A stretch of 64,000 bases of DNA from an uncultured Nitrospinota bacterium. GTDB lineage: Bacteria > Tectomicrobia > Entotheonellia > J063 > CAVPRW01. Shown here one piece after another: positions 54,547-64,000 of the stretch. Below the pieces are notes generated by a model. The model saw only the letters and a list, made by a program, of their open reading frames with translations, made no database searches and was not told where the DNA came from. The DNA lies in NCBI GenBank assembly GCA_963707985.1, contig CAVPRW010000018.1, forward strand, positions 160,001 through 224,000. The letters are read 5' to 3'. How positions within the stretch are numbered: the first letter of the stretch is position 1; every line of letters begins with the position of its first letter. The position numbers and the translations under genes were made by a program.

Positions 54547-54909
54547 TTAGGCGTCACGATGCACAGTGTGTGGCGAAAACGCCGGCACGCACACCGACAC
54601 ATATTCAGCCCCCTCCGGGGCCGGGGTACTATAACGCACCCATTCCCCTGCCGGCGCGTGCACGGCCTGACCCGCCCGCACCTCCAGGATGCCTGTTGGC
54701 GTTTCGACGCGGAGCATACCCGCAAGCACGAGCGTAAACTCGTCGAACGCCGGCGTTTGCCCCGGCTCCTCCCATCCGGGCGAACTGTGCATGCGCGCGA
54801 TGCTGACCTGGTCCGTGTGTGTGTTCACCTGCCCGACGAACTCTTCGATACGTTTCGGCTTGGTCCCCACGGCCGCAATGACCGTTGGCTTCTCGATCAG
54901 TCGTGCCAT
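54547..54909 (-). CDS. Cupin domain protein
   Basis: PKRIEEFVG, WEEPGQTPAFDEFTLV, WVRYSTP, PAFSP. Confidence 0.85.
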   Translation of the reverse strand: MARLIEKPTVIAAVGTKPKRIEEFVGQVNTHTDQVSIARMHSSPGWEEPGQTPAFDEFTLVLAGMLRVETPTGILEVRAGQAVHAPAGEWVRYSTPAPEGAEYVSVCVPAFSPHTVHRDA

Positions 54910-55033
54910 ACGTCTCTCCTGATGCCCGATTGCGCGGCTGTTGTCTCGCCTATCTTCCCACCATTGGACTGCACCCTTGACCTTCCATCACAGAGCCAAG
55001 GGTGCGACCATAGGGATCGTTGCCAAACACCCC

Positions 55034-56305
55034 TCAAGAAGACTCGCGGCGCACGCCCAGCCCACGCCACACTGCCAGCAAACCGAAAAAGAAGATGCCG
55101 GTATTAAAGAGGAAGGCACCGGGCAAGCTGACCGCTGCCAGCATGCCAGCCATGATGGGGCCCATGGCCGATCCAACCATTGCCCCACTATTCAGCGCAC
55201 CAAAGGCACTCGAGCGCTGCTCAATTGGCACGACAGTCCCCCCCAAGCTATAGGCAAGCGTGAGAATGCTACCGGCAAAGAGTCCGACCACAACTCGAAG
55301 CAATCCAAGTTGCCATGCGGTATGACTGAACGCCATCAGAGCGGAGCCGCCGATACATGCCACCAGGGCCACCCAGAGTACCTGCGCATGGGTGAAGTGC
55401 GGCACCAAACGACTCGCGGTGTTCGCCGAGAGTGCCGCAGCCAGCGCTCCACCGGCTACGATGAAACCGGTGAACGATGCCACGGCGCCATCGTCACGTA
55501 GAAGGAACGCCACAAACAAAGGGATGAGCGGCTGATAGCTGCGATCTGTGAAGGAGCCGACAAAAAGCACGATCAGGATCACGACAAACCCGGGGGTCTG
55601 GAGCAGAGTCCGCATACTGGCCTTCGGGCGCGTCAGCCGCTGCGGTGCGGACGACCGCGGCTCATGATACACCAGAAGCATGTTAAGCCCGGCAAGAACA
55701 GCTAGAACACTGGAACCGACGAAGGCTGCGCGAATGCCGAAGTGATCGGCGAGGAGTCCCCCCAAGGCAGGTCCAACCATCAGGCCTAGAATCTGCGTCG
55801 ACTGCGTCATCGCAATGGCACGGGTGAGGTACTCCGGGGGCGCCGACAGGCTGGCGAGGGCGAGTGCGACAGCGGTAAACCCTCCCAATGTTCCCATCAA
55901 CAACCGCAGTAGACCAAGCTGCCACACGCTGGTCGACAGGGCGCACAACAGATTGATCAGAGCAAAGCCAAAGACTGTGCGGACGAGTAGTAGACGCCCC
56001 CCGATCCGATCGGCCAGCCGGCCCCACAGGGGCGAAGCGATGGCAGCACTCGCCGGGCCCAGACCGATCAGCACTCCCGACCAGATGGCTACGGCTCGGG
56101 GGTCGGTTACCCCTAGTTCACGCACCAGCAACGGCAAGAAGGGTGACGAAAAATAGAAACCGACGAATGCAACAAAGAGGACGGCCAGGAGTGAGGCAAG
56201 ATTGATCTGCCACACATAAACCGAGACCCCCCAAAGGGCCCGCTGTTCGGTCCAGTCCATAGGGAGCGGAGATGTCTGACTCATAGGGAAAGCCTGTCCG
56301 ATCAT
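55034..56305 (-). CDS. MFS transporter (DHA1/MdtG-like)
   Basis: ~12 hydrophobic segments; SPLWGRLADRIGGR motif A. Confidence 0.9.
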   Translation of the reverse strand: MIGQAFPMSQTSPLPMDWTEQRALWGVSVYVWQINLASLLAVLFVAFVGFYFSSPFLPLLVRELGVTDPRAVAIWSGVLIGLGPASAAIASPLWGRLADRIGGRLLLVRTVFGFALINLLCALSTSVWQLGLLRLLMGTLGGFTAVALALASLSAPPEYLTRAIAMTQSTQILGLMVGPALGGLLADHFGIRAAFVGSSVLAVLAGLNMLLVYHEPRSSAPQRLTRPKASMRTLLQTPGFVVILIVLFVGSFTDRSYQPLIPLFVAFLLRDDGAVASFTGFIVAGGALAAALSANTASRLVPHFTHAQVLWVALVACIGGSALMAFSHTAWQLGLLRVVVGLFAGSILTLAYSLGGTVVPIEQRSSAFGALNSGAMVGSAMGPIMAGMLAAVSLPGAFLFNTGIFFFGLLAVWRGLGVRRESS

Positions 56306-56521
56306 TGGCCCACAGATACAACACTAGAGACATTACCGAGCAGTATACTCCAAGTAGACCGAGCATAACCAATGCCAAAGGCAGAGGGGCGTACTGCGAG
56401 CTAGCTTTCTACATGCGGTACGGAAGTCAGAGACGCGACAGTCACGCATGAACCTGTAACCGACGATCGGGCCACAGATGCTCGCCCGTGCTCACGCAGC
56501 AACAAGGTCACAACACATTGC

Positions 56522-56965
56522 GTGCTCGCCAACAGCCAGGGCGTTCTATTGGAGACGATGCTCGCCGGCATGGTGATCTATCCACTGGCGCAGGCCAAGG
56601 CGTTTCTCAGGCTGTATCGCGAGGTCAGCAGCCCCGCGCCGGACGCACTGGACTCCCTCGTGCGTCTGGACCGGGAAGCCACCGCCTACACCTCCCGCGA
56701 GGCCCCCTACAACTTCCTCATGGTGGGCATGTGGGGCGATCCGGTGCAGGACACCACCGCCATCCCTTGGGTCCGTGGTCTCTGGCAGGCGCTGCAGCCG
56801 TTCGCCTCGGGAAATATCTACGTCAACTATGCGTCCGACGTCGGGGTAGACCGTGTGCAGGCCGCCTACGGGGCCGCGACCTACGCGCGCTTGGTGGCCT
56901 TGAAAAACACCTATGACCCGACGCACGTGTTCCGGCTCAACGCCAACATCAAGCCGACCGTCTAA
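56522..56965 (+). pseudogene. Remnant of an FAD-linked oxidase (BBE-like C-terminal domain)
   Basis: C-terminal YVNY...AAYG...RLVALKNTYDPTHVFRLNANI. The FAD-binding N-terminus is missing and the middle appears deleted. Confidence 0.65.
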
Positions 56966-57255
56966 CCGCGCCACAGGGACTCCTTACCCGCAGAGAGATC
57001 TGTAGAGTTCGGTGCGGATGCATAGGGTTGAAGCATTAGCAGATGAATGTTGATGCGCGAGGGAACCACACTTCGCCGAACGGCTATTTCGAATGGCCCT
57101 TGGTGAAGAATAACGGCTTTTTCTTGGGTGTTATGCTACAGTAGCCCCACAAATACCGGCGATCCATGCGCGCGAGTCTGCAGTCGGGGATCGTGAGGGA
57201 CTTCACAGCCTCTGACGATCTTTAAACCATGCTCTTCAGCTGAGAAGGACATACA

Positions 57256-58624
57256 ATGGCACTGTATGCTGTGAATCCCGCCACGGGTGAGACCATCAAG
57301 ACATACGACGAGATGACTCCAGCTGAGGTGGGCCAGGCCATTACCCACGCCCACACGACCTTTCTGGAGTGGAAGCAGACCACGTTTCCCGAACGCGCGC
57401 GCGTGATGCAGCGCGCCGCCCAGATTCTACGCGAGCAGGCCAACACGTACGCGGTGCTCATGGCGCAGGAAATGGGCAAGCCCATCCGGGATGGGCGGGC
57501 TGAAGCGGAGAAGTGCGCCTGGGTCTGCGAGTACTACGCGGAGCAGGCCGAAGCCTTCTTGCAGCCAGAGATCATCCCAACCGACGCCAGCAAGAGTTTT
57601 GTGACGTTTCAGCCTTCTGGGGTCGTGCTGGCCGTCATGCCCTGGAATTTTCCGTTCTGGCAGGTTTTTCGCTTTGCCGCTCCGGCGCTGATGGCGGGGA
57701 ATACGGGGGTGTTAAAGCACGCCTCGAATGTGCCGGGCTGTGCCTTGGCCATTGAAGATGTCTTCCGGCGGGCGGGCTTTCCCGACCATGCCTTCCGCAC
57801 ACTGCTGATCGGCAGTAGACAAGTCGACGCGGTGATCGAACATCCGCTGGTGACCGGCGGTGACCCTGACGGGTAGCACGCCGGCGGGCAAAGCCGTGGC
57901 CCGCAAAGCTGGAGAGATGATTAAGAAGAGCGTGTTAGAGCTAGGCGGCAGCGATGCATATGTCGTCCTGGCCGATGCCGATCTCGAGGCAACTGTCAGC
58001 ACGTGTGTCGCCAGCCGGCTGATCAACGCTGGGCAGAGCTGCATCGCGGCAAAACGCTTTGTGGTTGTTGAGTCCATACGCCCACAGTTTGAGGACGCCT
58101 TTGTCGCACAGATGCGCCGGGCAAAAGTCGGTGACCCTCTCGATGAGCAGACACAGGTGGGACCACTGGCACGCCACGACCTGCGTGATGACTTGCACCA
58201 TCAGGTGCAGGCGAGCCTGTCCAAGGGCGCGGTATGCCTGCTGGGTGGGGTGATTCCTGAGGGCGAAGGCGCCTACTATCCTCCTACCGTGCTCACGCAG
58301 GTCACCAAGGGCATGCCCGCCTATGACGATGAGCTGTTTGGACCTGTGGCAGCGATTATCGCTGTCCCGGACGAGCAAGAAGCCATCCGTGTCGCCAACG
58401 ATTCGGTGTTTGGCCTGGGCGCGGCAGTCTTCACCCGCGATGTAGCCAAAGGTGAGCATATCGCCGCGCACGCATTGGAGGCCGGCTGTTGTTTCGTGAA
58501 TGCTTTTGTGAAATCCGATCCACGTTTGCCATTTGGCGGTATCAAAGAGAGTGGCTATGGGCGCGAACTCGCCGCCTACGGCATCAAGGAGTTCGTTAAC
58601 ATCAAGACGGTGTTCGTGCGATAA
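57256..58624 (+). CDS. NAD(P)-dependent succinate-semialdehyde dehydrogenase family aldehyde dehydrogenase (frameshift near 57855)
   Basis: VNPATGE, MPWNFPFWQ, KHASNVP, ELGGSD, NAGQSCIAAKR, PFGGIKESGYGREL. Confidence 0.92.
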
Positions 58625-58742
58625 TACGCCTGGGCGTCTGGCCGTGGCAATATTTTCCCCCAACATCGATATCATGCGAGAGGGGATCGGATCGAGTTGA
58701 GAAAAGCCAAGCTCCGGTCAATCGAGATGGAAGGATAGACTC

Positions 58743-59177
58743 ATGCTGCATCAGTCGAAACTAGTGGGGGCGGTCATAGCCCTCATGATGGCCTGCTCAC
58801 CTCTCCCATCAGCGCAGGCACAGAGCCAGCTGACCGCGGGCACTTCCTGGATCAACGAGCGAGGATCAGTTCTGACTATTGCAAATATTGGGTCCAACGG
58901 CTTGCTTTCTGGAACGTATGTGACGAGTGTCGGGTGCAGTGCTGGACAACCGCAACCTATGACAGGCTGGTATTACGGGGCAGAAAACGGCGGCGCGATC
59001 ACGTTTTCGGTGGTATGGTTGGGCTGCAACTCCGTGACCTCCTGGTCGGGTCAGTTTAATAACCAAAGCGGGGGGTTTCAGACGCTTTGGTTGCTGACTG
59101 CCGCCGGTGCACCGGTCTGGAACGGGATTCACACAGGCACCGATACCTTCACGCCACGAAGCACATCGCCGAAATAA
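58743..59177 (+). CDS. Secreted avidin/streptavidin family protein
   Basis: Signal peptide; W-x-N-x-x-G-S, SGTY, FSVVW, SVTSWSGQ, TLWLLT, W...GTDTF, matching the (strept)avidin biotin-pocket pattern. Confidence 0.88.
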   Translation: MLHQSKLVGAVIALMMACSPLPSAQAQSQLTAGTSWINERGSVLTIANIGSNGLLSGTYVTSVGCSAGQPQPMTGWYYGAENGGAITFSVVWLGCNSVTSWSGQFNNQSGGFQTLWLLTAAGAPVWNGIHTGTDTFTPRSTSPK

Positions 59178-59515
59178 GCGCTGGTGAGCCATGTAGGACT
59201 TATGGTACTGAAATGGCCCAAGCCCACCCGAGTGGGTCCCCTTGCACCTCGCCTGCTAGTCGCGACCTTCGCCTTCCTTACCTAGGCATAGATAACCGAC
59301 CCAAGGGCTCAACGGGCGGCGAGATTGAATTTGGTAGGTAGCAGCATGATCAGCGTTGCTAGAATGGAGCGATTTGCCGAGGGTAAGGGGGCGGATCAGG
59401 GGGAAAACACCCATTTTTGTACATAGGCAATCCGATACTGTGTGCGGCAACGTATCCTCTCATAGGTGAAGAACGCATCTCAATCGACAACTCACTCATG
59501 GAGAGGAGAAGGAAC

Positions 59516-60070
59516 GTGAAAAGACTATTGGCTTTGCTACTCCTTGGAGCCTCGCTGACCATCACCGTATCATCCGTGCTCGCGCAACAAACTGTGATGG
59601 TCGGTGGTGCGCCGATGTATCCGACCAAGGATATCATCGACAATGCCGTCAACTCACAGGACCACACCACGCTGGTGGCTGCCGTCAAAGCCGCCGGTTT
59701 GGTGGAGACCCTGAAAGGCTCCGGCCCGTTTACGGTGTTTGCACCGACCAATGACGCGTTCACCATGCTGCCCGCTGGCGCAGTTGACACGCTTCTTAAG
59801 CCTGAGAACAAGGCGGCGTTGGCCAAGGTTCTGACGTATCATGTCGTAGCAGGTAAGTTGAGTGCCAAAGCTATCGAGGAGATGATCACGGCAGGTCAAG
59901 GCAAAGCCACATTCAAGACCGTCAGCGGCGATACCCTAACCGCCACGAAACAAGGCAACGAGATCGTCCTGACAGACGCCAAAGGTGGCCGATCGCGTGT
60001 CACTGTGGCCAACGTGAATCAGTCGAATGGGGTGATTCACGTGGTTGACAGGGTCTTGCTGCCCAGCTAA
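59516..60070 (+). CDS. Fasciclin (FAS1) domain secreted protein
   Basis: Signal peptide; GPFTVFAPTNDAF, LTYHVV, SNGVIHVVDRVL. Confidence 0.93.
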   Translation: MKRLLALLLLGASLTITVSSVLAQQTVMVGGAPMYPTKDIIDNAVNSQDHTTLVAAVKAAGLVETLKGSGPFTVFAPTNDAFTMLPAGAVDTLLKPENKAALAKVLTYHVVAGKLSAKAIEEMITAGQGKATFKTVSGDTLTATKQGNEIVLTDAKGGRSRVTVANVNQSNGVIHVVDRVLLPS

Positions 60071-60143
60071 AGCGCTTGGATCCAAGATTGCCGCAGCGGA
60101 GGTGAGGCTCGCCTTGCAGTCCGAACCGCACCTCCAGCTGCTC

Positions 60144-61341
60144 CTACCGGCGTTCGAAAATCGCGGCCACCCCCTGACCACCGCCCACACACATGGTCTC
60201 CAGTCCGTAGCGCACGTCACGCCGCTGCATTTCATGCAGCAAGGTGGTCAGAATGCGTGCCCCCGTCGCTGCAATGGGATGGCCGAGGGAAATGCCCGAG
60301 CCGTTGACGTTCAGGTTGTCCCAATTGTCCAGCTTCCATTCCTTGAGCACGGCTAGCACCTGCGCGGCAAAGGCCTCATTCAGCTCGATGAGGTCGATGT
60401 CATCCCAGGTCAACCCTGAGCGTGCGAAAGCCTTCTCGACGGCGGGCACCGGCCCAATGCCCATATACGCCGGGTGCACGCCGGCCACAGCCCAGCCGCG
60501 CAGGAAGGCCATGGGCTTGAGGCCCAGCGCGTCTAGCTGATCGCCGGCCACGACCAAACACACCGAGGCCGCATCGTTTTGCGCACTGGCATTGCCCGCT
60601 GTGACGGTACCCCCAGACGTGATCGGGCGTAGCCGCGCCAAGCACCTCCAGGGAGGTGTCTTTGCGTGGCCCTTCGTCGGTCTGGAACTGGATAGGCTCA
60701 CCCCGACGCTGGGGCACCAGGACGGGCACGATCTCCTCCGCAAACTTGCCGCTCTCCACCGCCGCTACCGCACGCTGGTGGCTACGTAGGGCATAGGCAT
60801 CCTGCTCTTCGCGCGGGATATGATGGCGTTCGGCTAAATTCTCCGCCGTCTCGATCATGCCCGAAATGACGCCGAACCGCTCTTCGGGAGAAGCCGTGGC
60901 GCGGGCCCGCGTCAGACGGTCATGCAGGGTGACCGATCCCAAACGGCTGCCGCCCCGCATGTCCGTAGTATAAAACTCCACCCGACTCATGCTCTCCACC
61001 CCACCGGCCAGGACCACATCGGCATTGCCCGTCTGCACCATCATACACGCATTGAGAATCGACTGCAGGCCTGACGAGCAGCGGCGATCCAATTGATACC
61101 CCGGGACTTCAATGGGTAACCCTGCCTTCAGCGCGCAGAGTCGCCCGATGGCTGGTTCTTCGCCGCTCGGATAGCCGTGTCCAAGGATGACCTCATCGAT
61201 TTTGTCGGGGTCCAGGCTGGTTCGCTCCAGCACCGCCTTGATGACCGTGGCCCCCAATTCCGCGGCAGGGATGTCTTTCAACCCACCCCCAAAATTCCCC
61301 ACAGCCGTCCGTACAGGGCTGACAATCGCGACCTCACGCAT
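60144..61341 (-). CDS. Acetyl-CoA C-acyltransferase (thiolase) (frameshift near 60640)
   Basis: RRCSSGLQ (Cys), ELNEAFA, GHPIAATG (His), MCVGGGQG (Cys). Confidence 0.92.
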
Positions 61342-61572
61342 TATAGGTTCCTCCTCTTATCTGAAGGTGTCTGAGTTGACAACCGTCCGTCACTGCCATG
61401 TTGTTCCGAAAGAGACCTGATCCTCAGAACGATGTGCCATGAGTGGCGCAAGAAAGCAACCTTTTTTACTGGCTGCTCCGGTGGAAGGACGAACAGCGGG
61501 GCGAACTATCATGCGGGATCATCGTACAGGCGTGGGAGAACCTCGCCCTGACAGGCGATAATCTGGCATCGA

Positions 61573-62424
61573 CTAGTGCTCGAGCCAGCGCTGTGCTAAC
61601 AGGCGCGATATCACCAGAACTGCGGCCGCCATCAGCACTAACAGCACGGCCAGCGCCAAGGCCGCCGAAAGATCGCTCTCCAGCGCAGCCATGATCGCTA
61701 GGGACATGGTTTGCGTGCGACCAGCGAAGTTGCCGGCAAACATCAAAGTGGCACCGAACTCAGACACCGCCCGAGCCAGGCACAACACGAGACCGCTGCT
61801 CATGCCGGGGAGCGCCAGGGGCAGGGTTACGAACCAAAAGCCCGCGAGCGTCGAGGCCCCATCGATGGCGGCAGCTTCCTCAATTTCTGGCTCGATCGCA
61901 GCGAAACCAAGCTTTGCGCCACGGATGTAGAAGGGGGCCGCGATAAAGACTTGGGCCAAGATCACGGCTGCCATGCTAAAGGGCAATTCAATCCCCAGGA
62001 TTCCCAGGTGGGGCCCCAACACACCGCGGCGTCCGAAGGCCATCAGGAGCGCCACGCCCGCCGTCACCGGGGGCAGCACCAGCGGCAAATCGGTGATCGT
62101 TTCGATGAGCCACTTGCCCGGGAAATGTCGACGGGCCAGGATATACGCCAGAGGGGTACCAGCGGCCACCGACACCAGCAGCGTCACAGTACTGGTGAGC
62201 AGGGTTACCCTCAGGGCTTCACACACCACTGGTTTCGTCATGCTAGGCCAGAAAGCTGGGTCGGTCACGGCACGCCAGATGAGCGCCACCAGAGGGATGA
62301 CGATAAACATGATGAGCAGTGCCGCCGGCACAGCGCAGAACCGGCCCACTGCATCTCGCCGCGTCCGTGCTCGCCTGCGAGATTCCACTTTTTTCAGTGA
62401 CCCTTCATGAAGGACCTGCTCCAT
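61573..62424 (-). CDS. modB: Molybdate ABC transporter permease
   Basis: DLPLVLPPVTAGVALL, EEAAAIDGAS (EAA motif), EFGATLMFAGN. Confidence 0.85.
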   Translation of the reverse strand: MEQVLHEGSLKKVESRRRARTRRDAVGRFCAVPAALLIMFIVIPLVALIWRAVTDPAFWPSMTKPVVCEALRVTLLTSTVTLLVSVAAGTPLAYILARRHFPGKWLIETITDLPLVLPPVTAGVALLMAFGRRGVLGPHLGILGIELPFSMAAVILAQVFIAAPFYIRGAKLGFAAIEPEIEEAAAIDGASTLAGFWFVTLPLALPGMSSGLVLCLARAVSEFGATLMFAGNFAGRTQTMSLAIMAALESDLSAALALAVLLVLMAAAVLVISRLLAQRWLEH

Positions 62425-62437
62425 CCAACTGCTCCGG

Positions 62438-63601
62438 TTACGAGGCCAATTCAGCCACCACCGTGCCGGCACGTGCGCTATTATAGCCTCCGAGGCTTTC
62501 CAACTCCTCCTGGAACGGGCGGCTGACAATGATATCGAGGACGGCCTGCACAGCAGAGGCATTCAAGAACTCCAACGGAATGACCAGGTCGTAGCGTTCT
62601 TCCTGCATGGGCAGAAAATCGAGCCCTAACGCTTGTGCCACCGCCATAATCCCTGGCCCCGTATCAGCCAGGCCATGCGCTACAGCTTCAGCTACTTCCA
62701 GATGACTTGAGACTTCGTGTCTGAACCCATTGACCTGTCGTGCGGATACTCCCACACCCTGGAGCCAGAGGTCAAGTAAAGTCCGGCTGCCAGCTCCAGG
62801 CTCACGATTGACGATGGTGATGTCCGCACGTGAGAGATCCCCGGCATCCGCAATGCCTTTCGGATTGCCGCGAGCGACGATGAGTCCTGCCTGCCACTCT
62901 GAAAGCGTGACGATGACCAGGCGGCGGCCGGACAACTCGCGTCGGACAAAGGGCACATTGTATTCCCCAGCCTCTTGGTCCCAGAGATGTGTGCCGGCGG
63001 CATGAGCCTCTCCGCGCCCCAGCAGTCGTAGTGCAGTGAGACTGCTGCTTTGCACCCAGATGAGCCGAAAACCAGGGTAACGGCGTGACAGGTGGGCACC
63101 CAGCAAGGCGAGGCCGGGATCACAGCCCAAGACCACCACGGTTCGCTCCGGAAGCTCGGCATCGACCCAGAGATCGATTGTCACCCCTGGTTTAGCGCCT
63201 CTGCGTGCCCTGGCTACGCGCTCAACAGGCATGGTCACGCCATCGGCGGCCGAAAACGCTGCGGCGCCGGCCAGTGGACGCGCCAGCAGGCGATCACCGA
63301 CACGTGCAAGCTGTATACGTGTGCGGCCGATGTCTTTGGTGGAGGCTTCGCCGAGCCACTCAGCCTCGACACGAATGCGTTCCTCAGTCAGACGGAACAG
63401 CTCTTCCACCCGACACCCCAACGTCATGGACAGCCGTAGTGCAACCAGTGTACTGGGCACATAATGTCCGGCTTCGATGGCGTTGATTGCCTGGCGTGTC
63501 AATCCACAGCGCCGTGCTAATTCCTGTTGGCTAAGGCCAGCAGCTTGACGTCGGCCGCGGATGCGATTTTCGACCGGTAACGCGCTCTGACGCTGCGTCA
63601 T
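62438..63601 (-). CDS. XRE-type HTH fused to a PBP-like (molybdate-binding) domain regulator
   Basis: N-terminal LSQQELARRCGLTRQAINAIEAG; C-terminal GCDPGL, SSLTAL, AAGTHL, NREPGAGSR, EERYDLV. Confidence 0.85.
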   Translation of the reverse strand: MTQRQSALPVENRIRGRRQAAGLSQQELARRCGLTRQAINAIEAGHYVPSTLVALRLSMTLGCRVEELFRLTEERIRVEAEWLGEASTKDIGRTRIQLARVGDRLLARPLAGAAAFSAADGVTMPVERVARARRGAKPGVTIDLWVDAELPERTVVVLGCDPGLALLGAHLSRRYPGFRLIWVQSSSLTALRLLGRGEAHAAGTHLWDQEAGEYNVPFVRRELSGRRLVIVTLSEWQAGLIVARGNPKGIADAGDLSRADITIVNREPGAGSRTLLDLWLQGVGVSARQVNGFRHEVSSHLEVAEAVAHGLADTGPGIMAVAQALGLDFLPMQEERYDLVIPLEFLNASAVQAVLDIIVSRPFQEELESLGGYNSARAGTVVAELAS

Positions 63602-63620
63602 CACCTCACCTCCCAGTGCT

Positions 63621-63660
63621 ACAGTAGGGAATGAGCGTCTAGATGTCAAGCATAATTGAC
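63621..63660 (-). promoter_or_regulatory. Candidate promoter with overlapping inverted repeat for the HTH-PBP/modB operon
   Basis: Minus strand TTGACA(63649-63644)-17 nt-TACTGT. Palindrome GTCAA-N6-TTGAC (63645-63660) overlaps the -35. Confidence 0.45.
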
Positions 63661-63705
63661 GAATAGAGCAATGCGTGGGGATGTGTGAATGCTGGACCTA
63701 CCAAT

Positions 63706-64000
63706 TTAACGGGTCGTCAGGCGTTCTAGGAAGGCTTGCAAGGCTGGCGCCCACTGATCCGCCTCACGGCCGCTGGCGAGGTGTCCAAAATTGCTGTCGA
63801 GCTCGATGTAGGAGGCCTCAACGCCGGCCGCCTGCAGCCGGGCCATGACACGTGCTCCCATGGATGGTGTGAATAACTGATCGGTGCGTGAAATGACATA
63901 GAGGACTTTGGCCCGGATGGCACTGAAGTCGCGCTGTGCATCGAAACGTACAGAAGCTTTGCGCAAGACCACGAGAGAGTGGGCATCGAACTCGCGGGCC
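63706..64000 (-). CDS. Alpha/beta hydrolase, homoserine O-acetyltransferase-like (C-terminal part; start outside the window)
   Basis: FDAHSLVVL, IRAKVLYVISRTDQLF, ELDSNFGHLAS. Confidence 0.75.
   Translation of the reverse strand, partial: AREFDAHSLVVLRKASVRFDAQRDFSAIRAKVLYVISRTDQLFTPSMGARVMARLQAAGVEASYIELDSNFGHLASGREADQWAPALQAFLERLTTR

Noticed and set aside
1..64000. CRISPR array, rRNA or tRNA genes
   Set aside because: No regularly spaced repeat-spacer run and no cloverleaf or rRNA-like sequence seen by eye. Intergenic gaps are short and explained otherwise.

Overview
GC-rich bacterial window. The gene content (F420-type LLM oxidoreductase, expanded STAND-ATPase/class III cyclase genes, an NRPS ending in a C domain) is reminiscent of Tectomicrobia/'Ca. 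Entotheonella'-like organisms, but that is inference only. The main feature is an accessory block at ~4.0-34.7 kb built from a repeated architecture. Modules 1 and 2 each read [conserved sigma70 promoter + leader] -> STAND ATPase/TPR protein with a C-terminal, non-canonical class III nucleotidyl cyclase -> small uncharacterised 'WWP' protein -> <- convergent AnaPX-like dye-decolorising peroxidase (DyP). A third, expanded variant reuses the promoter/leader in front of a hypothetical gene, a wHTH-Zn-ribbon-cyclase-STAND-TPR gene and an NRPS (acyl-CoA ligase starter, deleted E domain, terminal C domain hit by an IS3 element), then another small gene and a third convergent DyP. The rest of the window is mixed metabolism and regulation: amidase, prolyl oligopeptidase, sigma54 activator, VOC proteins, a glycine/sarcosine/betaine reductase grdB(Sec)-grdE-grdC cluster with an in-frame UGA and SECIS hairpin, lexA, hpaB-like monooxygenase, MFS transporter, SSADH, a streptavidin-family protein, fasciclin, thiolase and modB. 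About a dozen otherwise intact genes carry single-base frameshifts, which suggests assembly indel errors rather than true pseudogenes. No rRNA, tRNA or CRISPR array was seen.
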